DNA from: Geotalea uraniireducens Rf4
GTDB taxonomy: Bacteria; Desulfobacterota; Desulfuromonadia; Geobacterales; Geobacteraceae
DNA length: 32,000 nt
NCBI RefSeq assembly: GCF_000016745.1
Contig: NC_009483.1
Location: 1,380,001-1,412,000 of the forward strand
Direction of reading: 5' to 3'
Part shown: positions 9,891 to 16,782 of the stretch, one piece after another
Position numbering within the stretch: position 1 is the stretch's first letter
How the letters are laid out: every line of letters begins with the position of its first letter
Position numbers and translations under genes: made by a program
Notes under the pieces: model-generated
What the model saw: the letters and a program-made list of their open reading frames with translations, nothing else
Databases searched by the model: none
Told to the model about the DNA's origin: nothing

Positions 9891-9915
9891 TTACGTATGT
9901 TACTTTATTAAAAAC

Positions 9916-9945
9916 TTGACATACATACCCTGTATTTATTAAGAT
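9916..9945 (+). promoter_or_regulatory. sigma-70-type promoter candidate for the IS genes
   Basis: TTGACA (9916-9921), 18-nt spacer, TAAGAT (9940-9945). It lies ~40 nt upstream of the first IS ORF. Confidence 0.35.
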
Positions 9946-9983
9946 GGCGCCTCTGTACAAATTCTCGAATGGAGGATGCCATT

Positions 9984-10310
9984 ATGGAAAAAGAGGAAAT
10001 CCGCGACATCATTTTAGACACAATGGTAGTTTCCTTGGAAGCGCAATTGCGGGCCTTGAAGAAACTTCGGGGTGCTGCCGAGGAAGTGGAGCCCCGCAGC
10101 AAAGGTATGTCGCAGATTGACATGGTGCTTAACATACTTAATGCAGTCGGAAAGCCACTACACATTTCGCAAATCATTGAAGATGTTGAAAAGACTTTTG
10201 GAGTAAAGCTGGAGAGGGAGTCTCTCGTCTCTGCTCTTTCAAAAAAGGTGATGAAGGAGGACCGTTTCATTCGTACCGGCAAAAACACCTTTGCCTTGAA
10301 AGGCAGGTGA
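9984..10310 (+). CDS. small winged-helix (HARE-HTH-like) protein of the IS
   Basis: 108 aa from the ATG at 9984 (GGAGGA SD at 9972-9977). ..MVLNILNAVGKPLHISQIIEDVEK..LVSALSKKVMKEDRFIRTGKNTFALKG resembles HARE-HTH/winged-helix domains. Its stop overlaps the transposase start (GTGA). Confidence 0.55.
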   Translation: MEKEEIRDIILDTMVVSLEAQLRALKKLRGAAEEVEPRSKGMSQIDMVLNILNAVGKPLHISQIIEDVEKTFGVKLERESLVSALSKKVMKEDRFIRTGKNTFALKGR

Positions 10311-11692
10311 GGAATATGCTGAGCGAACAGATGACATCTCTCTTGCAGGATGCCTGTGCTGGGGCTTTTGTTCAACAGCGAACCCAAATCCGCGCTATGG
10401 AGCTTTCTCTTGGAACTTTGTGCGCATTGGGGCGACGGACCCTCTCCCGTTCCATTTGTGCCGTTGGAAGACAGCATCAGGACTGGAGTGCTGATTACAA
10501 GGTGTTTTCCCGTAGCCAGTGGGAGGCCGACCAGTTGTTCTCTCCGGTCTTGAAAGAGTATTGTACGCGGTACCCTGCGGATCAGCCTGTTTGTGTGGCG
10601 TTTGACGATACCAAGCTGGCCAAGAGCGGGCGAAAGATCAAGTCGGCCTTTTGGCAAAGGGATCCGCTGTCTCCGCCGTTCCATGTCAACTTCCTGTATG
10701 GCTTGAGATTTATGCACGCATCCCTGATCTTCCCTCACTACCGGGATGGCGATTTCTCCGCTCGCGGATATCCTGTCCGCTTCGTGGAATGCCCAGCGAT
10801 CAAGAAGCCGGGGAAAAAGGCAACTGATGAAGAGAGGGCGCAATACAAGAAGGCGGTGAAGACTCATAATCTCTCGCAGCAGGGACTTGAAATGATCAAG
10901 GGGTTGAGAGTCGATCTTGACCGTCTGGGGGAAACAAAGAGGAGAATGGTGGTCGCAGTTGATGGCAGTCTCTGTAATCGCACCATCCTCTCCAAACCGC
11001 TGGATCGTGTTGAGGTTGTCGGTCGTTGCAGGAAAGATGCGCGGTTGTGTTTTCCTGCTCCGGCAGGAGGAAGGCGCAAATACAGCGAAGAGCGATTTTC
11101 TCCTGAAGGGGTCAGGCAAGATGAGACGATCCCCTGGCAAACCTGCAGGATTAATTTTGGCGGAGCATGGCGGGATATTCGGTACAAAGAAGTCAATAAT
11201 GTTCTGTGGCAAAGAGGTGCGAAACTCCGCTCTCTTCGGCTGCTGGTGGTTGCACCGCAACCGTACAGGACATCGCCAAATGCTAAAAGGAATTATCGTG
11301 ACCCGGCCTATCTCTTGAGCACTGACATACAAAGTGACTCTCAGATGTTGCTGCAAAGTTACTTTGATCGTTGGCAGATAGAGGTCAATCATCGTGAGCA
11401 AAAGGATACCATTGGTGTCGGAAACGCTCAGGTCTGGTCTGACAAGTCTGTCCCACGACAACCGGCATTCGCCGTTGCCAGCTACAGCCTCTTGCTGCTT
11501 GCGGGATTGAAAGAATTTGGACCTGGACGTACTCATGACTTTGTTCCCTTGCCAAAATGGAGAAAAAAAGCAAACAGACCTTCGGCTCTCGACCTGATTA
11601 CTCTACTCAGAAAGGAGATCAGCGAAGCACCAATTACCGATATTTTGAAACTTAACATCGCGAAAAATATCATGCCCTACGCATATACTTGA
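10307..11692 (+). CDS. DDE-superfamily transposase (IS4/IS701-like)
   Basis: 461 aa. The C-terminal ..YFDRWQIEVNHREQKDTIG.. matches the Y-x2-R-x3-E region of IS4-type DDE transposases. It starts at GTG 10307, coupled to the upstream ORF, or at ATG 10316. Confidence 0.85.
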   Translation: MRNMLSEQMTSLLQDACAGAFVQQRTQIRAMELSLGTLCALGRRTLSRSICAVGRQHQDWSADYKVFSRSQWEADQLFSPVLKEYCTRYPADQPVCVAFDDTKLAKSGRKIKSAFWQRDPLSPPFHVNFLYGLRFMHASLIFPHYRDGDFSARGYPVRFVECPAIKKPGKKATDEERAQYKKAVKTHNLSQQGLEMIKGLRVDLDRLGETKRRMVVAVDGSLCNRTILSKPLDRVEVVGRCRKDARLCFPAPAGGRRKYSEERFSPEGVRQDETIPWQTCRINFGGAWRDIRYKEVNNVLWQRGAKLRSLRLLVVAPQPYRTSPNAKRNYRDPAYLLSTDIQSDSQMLLQSYFDRWQIEVNHREQKDTIGVGNAQVWSDKSVPRQPAFAVASYSLLLLAGLKEFGPGRTHDFVPLPKWRKKANRPSALDLITLLRKEISEAPITDILKLNIAKNIMPYAYT

Positions 11693-11700
11693 AACTATAT

Positions 11701-11736
11701 ATGTCCAAACTCCAGGCCGGGGGATTCATCCCCCGG
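11701..11736. repeat. inner inverted repeat, right copy
   Basis: ATGTCCAAACTCCAGG + CCGGGGGATTCATCCCCCGG, the partner of 9855-9890. Confidence 0.8.
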
Positions 11737-11755
11737 ATGAGATGCTATATTTCCC

Positions 11756-11775
11756 CACGTCACGTACGTGACGTG
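11756..11775. repeat. 20-bp perfect palindrome CACGTCACGTACGTGACGTG
   Basis: Read directly from the sequence. It lies in the right-end segment of the element, between hairpin copies at 11717-11736 and 11796-11815. Confidence 0.9.
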
Positions 11776-11930
11776 ATGATATTTCGCCTGGATGACCGGG
11801 GAATGAATTCCCCGGCTACCAGTATTCTGTCCCTACGGGACGTAAGCAAAAACCAAACCGGACAACGCTGAACCAGCATATCTTCTTGATTTAAAATCTG
11901 CGAAATCTGCGGATGATAGAGGTGTTCGTA

Positions 11931-12995
11931 ATGAAAAATAACCTGCCGACAAAAGGCGAATTCCTCGTTTACCAGACCGAAGATGGACGGACGCGTGTCG
12001 AATGCCGCTTCGAGAATGAAACCTTATGGCTTTCGCAGGCTTTGCTTGCAGAGCTGTATCAGAAAGATGTTCGCACTATCAACGAACACCTGAAAAACAT
12101 TTATGAGGAAGGAGAACTGGACCCGCAGGCAACTATCCGGAAATTCCGGATAGTTCAAATTGAAGGTTCCCGTGAGGTTACGCGGGAGATCGAGCACTAC
12201 TCTCTGGAAGCAATACTTGCCGTCGGGTATCGGGTCCGCAGCAAGCAGGGAACACAATTCCGGCGTTGGGCAACGGAACGCTTAAAGGAATACCTTGTCA
12301 AAGGCTTCACCATGGATGACGAGCGGTTGAAAAACCCGCCGGTGGCCGGTTCGGCCGTTCCCGACTATTTCGATGAAATGCTCGAACGCATCCGCGACAT
12401 CCGTGCCAGCGAGCGCCGCATGTATTTGCGGGTGAAGGAGATTTTCGCCATGGCGGGGGATTACGCCCCCTCCTGGCCGGAGACAACCAAGTTTTTCAGC
12501 GTGATCCAGAACAAGCTGCATTATGCCGCCACCGGCATGACCGCCCCGGAGTTGATTCAAAGTCGCGCCGATCATGCCTTGCCCAACATGGGGTTGACCA
12601 ACTGGAAGGCGGGCGAGGTCCGCAAGACCGATGTGACCATCGCCAAGAACTACCTGAACGAGCAGGAGATCAAAGCGCTGAACCGGATCGTGGTCATGTG
12701 GCTGGACTACGCCGAAGATCAGGCGTTGCGGCGCAAGCAGGTGTTCATGAAGGACTGGGAGCAGAAATTGGATGAGTTTCTCAGGTTCAATGACCGGAAG
12801 GTGCTTCCCAATGCCGGTTCTGTCAGCAAGAAGAACGCTGAGGCCTTTGCCCGTGATGAGTATGACCAGTTTGCCCAGCAGCGGCGGGAGTACAAGGAAG
12901 CTCTTGGCGAGGAAGAGTCCATCAGGAGGCTGGAGGAAGCGGCGAAGCTGGTGGGGCGGGGGCAGAGGAAGGTTGAGGGGGGCTCAATTCATTGA
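11931..12995 (+). CDS. RhuM-family (virulence RhuM) protein
   Basis: ..FLVYQTEDGRTRVECRFENETLWLSQALLAELYQKDVRTINEHLKNIYEEGEL..VGYRVRSKQGTQFRRWATERLKEYLVKGFTMDDERLKN.. is the conserved RhuM core. ATG 11931 has a GAGGTG SD 6 nt upstream. The track ORF starts at 11913. Confidence 0.85.
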   Translation: MKNNLPTKGEFLVYQTEDGRTRVECRFENETLWLSQALLAELYQKDVRTINEHLKNIYEEGELDPQATIRKFRIVQIEGSREVTREIEHYSLEAILAVGYRVRSKQGTQFRRWATERLKEYLVKGFTMDDERLKNPPVAGSAVPDYFDEMLERIRDIRASERRMYLRVKEIFAMAGDYAPSWPETTKFFSVIQNKLHYAATGMTAPELIQSRADHALPNMGLTNWKAGEVRKTDVTIAKNYLNEQEIKALNRIVVMWLDYAEDQALRRKQVFMKDWEQKLDEFLRFNDRKVLPNAGSVSKKNAEAFARDEYDQFAQQRREYKEALGEEESIRRLEEAAKLVGRGQRKVEGGSIH

Positions 12996-13035
12996 AATCA
13001 GAAAAGCACAGTGGCGGGTAAACGTGGGGTAGTCG

Positions 13036-13077
13036 TGGATGTTGTGGACATCTTTGGACTATGTGGACGTAATGGAC
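13036..13077 (+). repeat. five phased TGGA(C/T) pentamers upstream of the four-helix-bundle gene
   Basis: TGGAT/TGGAC start at 13036, 13045, 13055, 13064 and 13073 (spacings 9, 10, 9, 9). This is the same pentamer and phase as the array inside the gene. Confidence 0.7.
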
Positions 13078-13102
13078 TGGGTTGGGAGAGGAGGTGTTTT
13101 TC

Positions 13103-13816
13103 ATGGCTGACGGGGAAGGGTTGATTCCGAAGCATGGTGGCTATCGTAACCTGAAGAGCTTTCAGCTTTCCCAGCTTGTCTATGATGTTACGGTGCGGTT
13201 CTGTGACCGCTACATTGACCGGTTTAGCCGTACGCGCGACCAGATGGTGCAGGCGGCGCGCAGCGGCGTGCAGAACATTGCCGAAGGGAGCCAGGCGTCC
13301 GGCACCTCGAAAAAGACCGAGCTGAAACTGACCAATGTGGCCCGCGCCAGCCTTGAAGAGCTGCGCCTGGATTATGAAGACTTTCTGCGGCAGCGGGGCC
13401 TGCCGCTCTGGGATCGGGAAGACCCGCGCCGCAAGGGGCTGGTCGTCCGGCGCTGCACCACCGCCGATGCGGTGGCGCAGTGGGTGGTGGAAGTGCACAA
13501 GGAAGGCGGTGGACGACATGGACGGAATGGACGACATGGACATCATGGACTTGATGGACTTGATGGACTTGATGGACTTGATGGACTTGATGGACAGTCC
13601 ACGGGGTCCACATCGTCCACATCGTCCATATCGTCCACATCGTCCACATCGTCCACCTACCCCGAAATAGCCGCCAATGCCGCCCTTACGCTGATAGCGG
13701 TCGCTTGCAGCCTGCTCGACCGCCAGTTAACCGCCCAGGCAGCAGCTTTTGAAAAAGAGGGTGGTTTCACTGAACGGCTCTACCGCACCCGTACCCAGTC
13801 CAGGAGAAAATCATGA
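13103..13816 (+). CDS. four-helix-bundle protein (23S rRNA-IVS / Avd-type) with C-terminal suffix domain and a repeat-encoded linker
   Basis: 237 aa from ATG 13103 (GGAGAGGAGG SD). The N-terminal ..YRNLKSFQLSQLVYDVTVRFCDRY..QMVQAARSGVQNIAEGSQASGTSKKTELKLTNVARASLEEL.. is typical of the four-helix-bundle family. The linker HGLDGLDGLDGLDGLDG..STSSTSSISSTSSTSST comes from the 9-bp repeats. Confidence 0.8.
   Translation: MADGEGLIPKHGGYRNLKSFQLSQLVYDVTVRFCDRYIDRFSRTRDQMVQAARSGVQNIAEGSQASGTSKKTELKLTNVARASLEELRLDYEDFLRQRGLPLWDREDPRRKGLVVRRCTTADAVAQWVVEVHKEGGGRHGRNGRHGHHGLDGLDGLDGLDGLDGQSTGSTSSTSSISSTSSTSSTYPEIAANAALTLIAVACSLLDRQLTAQAAAFEKEGGFTERLYRTRTQSRRKS
13509..13657. repeat. in-frame inverted array: ~10 x (A/G)TGGACNNN followed by ~6 x TCCA(C/T)NNNN
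   Basis: 9-bp units run from 13509 to 13597, including ATGGACTTG five times in a row. The symmetry centre is TGGAC-A-GTCCA at 13591-13601. The complementary-pentamer units TCCACATCG and similar run from 13598 to 13657. Confidence 0.9.
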
Positions 13817-13835
13817 ACGGCTCCCGATGGAAAAA

Positions 13836-13869
13836 GGCCGCGTCTCCGGTGGAGACGCGGCCTTTTTTT
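13836..13869. terminator. bidirectional rho-independent terminator (four-helix-bundle gene / emrB-like gene)
   Basis: GGCCGCGTCTCC, loop GGT, GGAGACGCGGCC. AAAAA lies upstream and TTTTTTT downstream, and it sits between convergent genes. Confidence 0.85.
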
Positions 13870-13922
13870 GTCGGCACTGTTGCATGGATCGCACAACGAC
13901 AAATACACCCGACGACCAGCGT

Positions 13923-15458
13923 TCACGATCGTCGTTCCACCTTCTGCACAACGGGAATCAACAAGAGCATCATCCCGAACAGCGCCGCAACCAGCAGCCA
14001 CATGTCGTTATACGCCATGACGAGCGATTCCCGCCGGACCAGCATGGCAAGCAGTTTCACCCCTCCTTGCCGGGCCTGCTCCAGGTCCACCATGCTTCCG
14101 GCGAAAGGGACTTCGAGCTGGTCCAGTAATTCGCCGACGGGAAACCGCGATGGATTGAGCGCCTCGGCCAGACGCTGGTGGTGAAGCGCCATGCGCTGCT
14201 CGGCCAGGATGTTGATGACCGCGATGCCGATGCCTCCGCCGAGCGAGCGCATCAGGCTGTAAAGGCCGCTGGCATTGGGAACGGCTTCGATGGAGAGGCG
14301 TCCCAGCGCCAGCTCCGTAATCGGCGACAGGCAGAGGATGATTGCCAGACCGCGGAGAACCTGGGGCAAGAACAGGTGCTCGAAGCCGATCTCCGCGGTC
14401 AGGGAGCCGTTTGTCCAGAGGGCGAAGCCGAACATGGCCAGGCCGATGGCCAGGCAGGTCCGGCTTTCGAGATATTGTCTGACGATTCTCACCAAGGGGA
14501 GGGTGAGCAGCATGGTAATCCCCGGTACCATCATCACCTGGCCGATCTGCTGGCTGTTGTACCCCTTGACGGTGCTGAGGAAAAGGGTCATCAGGTAGCC
14601 GGAGCCGAACAGCCCGACACCCATGATAAAATTTAACAGGCAGCCGGTGGCGAAATTGCGGTCGCAAAAGGTTCGCAGGTTGATGACCGGATGGCGGCAG
14701 GCAAGCTCCCGCCATACCAGCAGCAGGGCCGAAATGGCGGCGACAACGGCCAAAAAAACGATCAGATGCGAGTCGAACCATTCATTGTCCCGGCCTTCCC
14801 CGAGGACGTATTCAAGGCAGCCTAGAAAGAGCGCCGCCAGGACTATGCCCGGAAGGTCGAACTGTTTGAGCAGGTCCCACTTCGGTCCTGCGTCGCGCAC
14901 CAGTCCGAACACCGATGCGGTCACCAGGACTCCGGGGAGAAGATTGATCAGGAACAGCCAGCGCCAGGACAAGGTCTGGGTGATCCAGCCGCCGAGGGTC
15001 GGGCCGATGATCGGGGCGAGAGAGATTATCATTACGACGTAGAGCGTTACTCCAGCCTGTCGCTCCCGGGGGAACATCAGGTAAATTGCCTGGTAGAGAA
15101 GGGGGGCGATAATCCCGGAACAGAGCCCCTGGAGCACCCGGATGACGATGATCGACTCGATGGACCAGGCGAAGGCGCAGAGCAGGCTTGCCAGTGTGAA
15201 CAGGGCACATGCCAGCGAATAAAGGTAGCGCAAAGACATGGAGCGGGAGAGCCAGCCGGCCAGCGGAATCATGATCACTTCTGCAATCATGTAGGCGGTC
15301 TGTATCCAGGAGGCCTCTTTGACGGTGGCGCCCAGGCTGGCACCGATTTCGGGGAGGGAGCCGGCAACGATCTGGGTATCCAGAACCGCCATGAACGTGC
15401 CGCCGGACATGGCAAGGAAACCGATCCAGGTCCGAAACTTCCGGGAATTTTCCGCCAT
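13923..15458 (-). CDS. MFS DHA2-family (EmrB/QacA-type) drug efflux transporter
   Basis: 511 aa, about 14 predicted TM segments. N-terminus ..FLAMSGGTFMAVLDTQIVAGSLPEI.. is typical of EmrB-type transporters. It lies directly downstream of a HlyD-family gene. Confidence 0.85.
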   Translation of the reverse strand: MAENSRKFRTWIGFLAMSGGTFMAVLDTQIVAGSLPEIGASLGATVKEASWIQTAYMIAEVIMIPLAGWLSRSMSLRYLYSLACALFTLASLLCAFAWSIESIIVIRVLQGLCSGIIAPLLYQAIYLMFPRERQAGVTLYVVMIISLAPIIGPTLGGWITQTLSWRWLFLINLLPGVLVTASVFGLVRDAGPKWDLLKQFDLPGIVLAALFLGCLEYVLGEGRDNEWFDSHLIVFLAVVAAISALLLVWRELACRHPVINLRTFCDRNFATGCLLNFIMGVGLFGSGYLMTLFLSTVKGYNSQQIGQVMMVPGITMLLTLPLVRIVRQYLESRTCLAIGLAMFGFALWTNGSLTAEIGFEHLFLPQVLRGLAIILCLSPITELALGRLSIEAVPNASGLYSLMRSLGGGIGIAVINILAEQRMALHHQRLAEALNPSRFPVGELLDQLEVPFAGSMVDLEQARQGGVKLLAMLVRRESLVMAYNDMWLLVAALFGMMLLLIPVVQKVERRS

Positions 15459-15466
15459 GACTCGTC

Positions 15467-16531
15467 CTAACGCCGATTCAGGCGGCTGACCGCGGGGCCG
15501 CTGCCTGAACCGGGCCGGGTATCCAGGCTCACGACAACCGACATGCCTGCCCGCAGCTCGCGGAGCAGGGGCTGTCCCGGTTGGAAGCGGATCTTGACGG
15601 GCACCCGCTGGACGATCTTAGTGAAGTTGCCGGTGGCATTTTCGGGAGGAAGCACGCTGTACTCCGCGCCGCTCGCCGGGGAAAGCGATTCGACCCGGCC
15701 GGTCAGTGGGCGCCCGGGGAAGGCGTCGACCTCGATTGAAACCGGTTGTCCCTCATGCATGCGGGATAGCTGAACTTCCTTGAAGTTCGCCTCCACCCAG
15801 AGGACATTGCGGGGAATCACCGTCAAGAGGACCGTTCCCGGCTTGACGTACTGTCCGGCCCGAACCCGGCGATTGCCGACCTCCCCCGTAATCGGGGAGC
15901 GGACCACCGTATCGGCAAGCTCCTTAGCGAGAAGCTTCAACTCTTCTTCCTGCTGGTGAAGCTCGGCTTCGAGGCGGCGCTCCTCGGCCAGGAGAGCCGC
16001 CAGCTCACTTTCCGCCATCTTCAGGTTGGCAACTGCGCTCCCTGTCTCGGCCCGTGCTTTTTTCTCGGCTGTTACCACAGCATCGTAATCCAGCTCGGAA
16101 ACAATGCCATCGGGAAACAGACTGCCGAACCGGCGGAGATCGCCGGTTTTTTTGAGCTGCTCCGCCCTGGCGGCAGCCAGTTGCGCTGTGCATGCATCGA
16201 TACGGGAATCTTGCAGCCTGCTTCTGTTGTACGCAACGAGCTGGGCAGCCTTTCGCTCCTCCAGCTTTTTCCGGCCGAGCTCCAGCCTGACCCCGAACTC
16301 CAGATCCTCGATGCGCACCAGGGGATCGCCGGCGGCAACCAGTGTATTGTCCTCGGCCGGCACATCTTTAACGTAGCCTGACACTTTCGAGCTGACCTGG
16401 GTTATTTCAGACCGGATGTAGGCGTTGTCGGTTTTTTCCATGAACCGCCCGGTGGAGAGCCAGTACCATCCGAAGCCGCAACCCCCTGCCAGCAGACTGA
16501 GCGCGATGACCAGCGGCAGAAATTTCCTCAT
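15467..16531 (-). CDS. HlyD/EmrA-family membrane fusion (periplasmic adaptor) protein
   Basis: 354 aa: N-terminal TM helix, ..TDNAYIRSEITQVSSKVSGYV.., a long coiled-coil, and C-terminal ..FTKIVQRVPVKI.. AGGAGG SD. Confidence 0.85.
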   Translation of the reverse strand: MRKFLPLVIALSLLAGGCGFGWYWLSTGRFMEKTDNAYIRSEITQVSSKVSGYVKDVPAEDNTLVAAGDPLVRIEDLEFGVRLELGRKKLEERKAAQLVAYNRSRLQDSRIDACTAQLAAARAEQLKKTGDLRRFGSLFPDGIVSELDYDAVVTAEKKARAETGSAVANLKMAESELAALLAEERRLEAELHQQEEELKLLAKELADTVVRSPITGEVGNRRVRAGQYVKPGTVLLTVIPRNVLWVEANFKEVQLSRMHEGQPVSIEVDAFPGRPLTGRVESLSPASGAEYSVLPPENATGNFTKIVQRVPVKIRFQPGQPLLRELRAGMSVVVSLDTRPGSGSGPAVSRLNRR

Positions 16532-16627
16532 GACACTTAACCTCCTGCCGTTTCAGTTGCTTCCCGAACTCGGCATAAAAGGAAAAACTCAGCATTGTTC
16601 GTAAGTTAGGCCTTTGCATCAGCACTT

Positions 16628-16749
16628 CCCCCCCCTCACCCTAACCCTCTCCTTTAGGCCCGCAATTTGGGTCCACAAGGGGCGAGGGGACTTTAAAGCT
16701 CCCCTCCCTTGATGGACCCAAAGGGCCTAAAGGAGGGGTTGGGGGAGGG
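16628..16749. repeat. GC-rich nested palindromic element (full-length copy)
   Basis: The outer arms CCCTCACCCTAACCCTCTCC.. and ..GGAGGGGTTGGGGGAGGG enclose TTTAGGCCCGCAATTTGGGTCC and GGACCCAAAGGGCCTAAA modules and a central GAGGGGA-CTTTAAAGC-TCCCCTC hairpin. Confidence 0.8.
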
Positions 16750-16782
16750 ATCATTTTGGGACTGGCGGAAGAATAGTGCTAA

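Larger units (their letters stand above)
9790..11870 (+). mobile_element. insertion sequence (DDE transposase plus small HTH ORF), possibly an IS nested in a MITE-like element
   Basis: 25-bp terminal inverted repeats: CAGCGTTGTCCGGTTTGGTTTGTGC at 9790-9814 against its complement at 11846-11870, one mismatch. They are flanked by a perfect 9-bp direct repeat AACCAGCAT (9781-9789 and 11871-11879). Confidence 0.8.

Noticed and set aside
9908-11536. 542-aa minus-strand ORF spanning the IS
   Set aside because: It is antisense to the transposase and HTH ORFs, which have recognisable motifs. Its product is Ser/Leu/Arg/Pro-rich with no motif I recognise, and it starts in the IS promoter region. Its length at moderate GC is notable, but I have no positive evidence that it is coding.
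13509-13657. Reading the minus-strand units TGTGGACGA as DnaA boxes (consensus TGTGGATAA), i.e. a replication origin
   Set aside because: The match is only about 7/9 per unit. The array lies inside a gene, and there is no AT-rich unwinding element and no dnaA/dnaN context. Coincidence is more likely. A DnaA-box profile scan and GC-skew analysis of the whole replicon would settle it.
13224-13670. ORFs in other frames or strand over the 9-bp repeat array (e.g. MDLMDLMDLMD.., MWTMWTIWTMW..)
   Set aside because: These are frame artefacts of the repeat. Only the frame continuous with the conserved four-helix-bundle N- and C-terminal segments makes sense.
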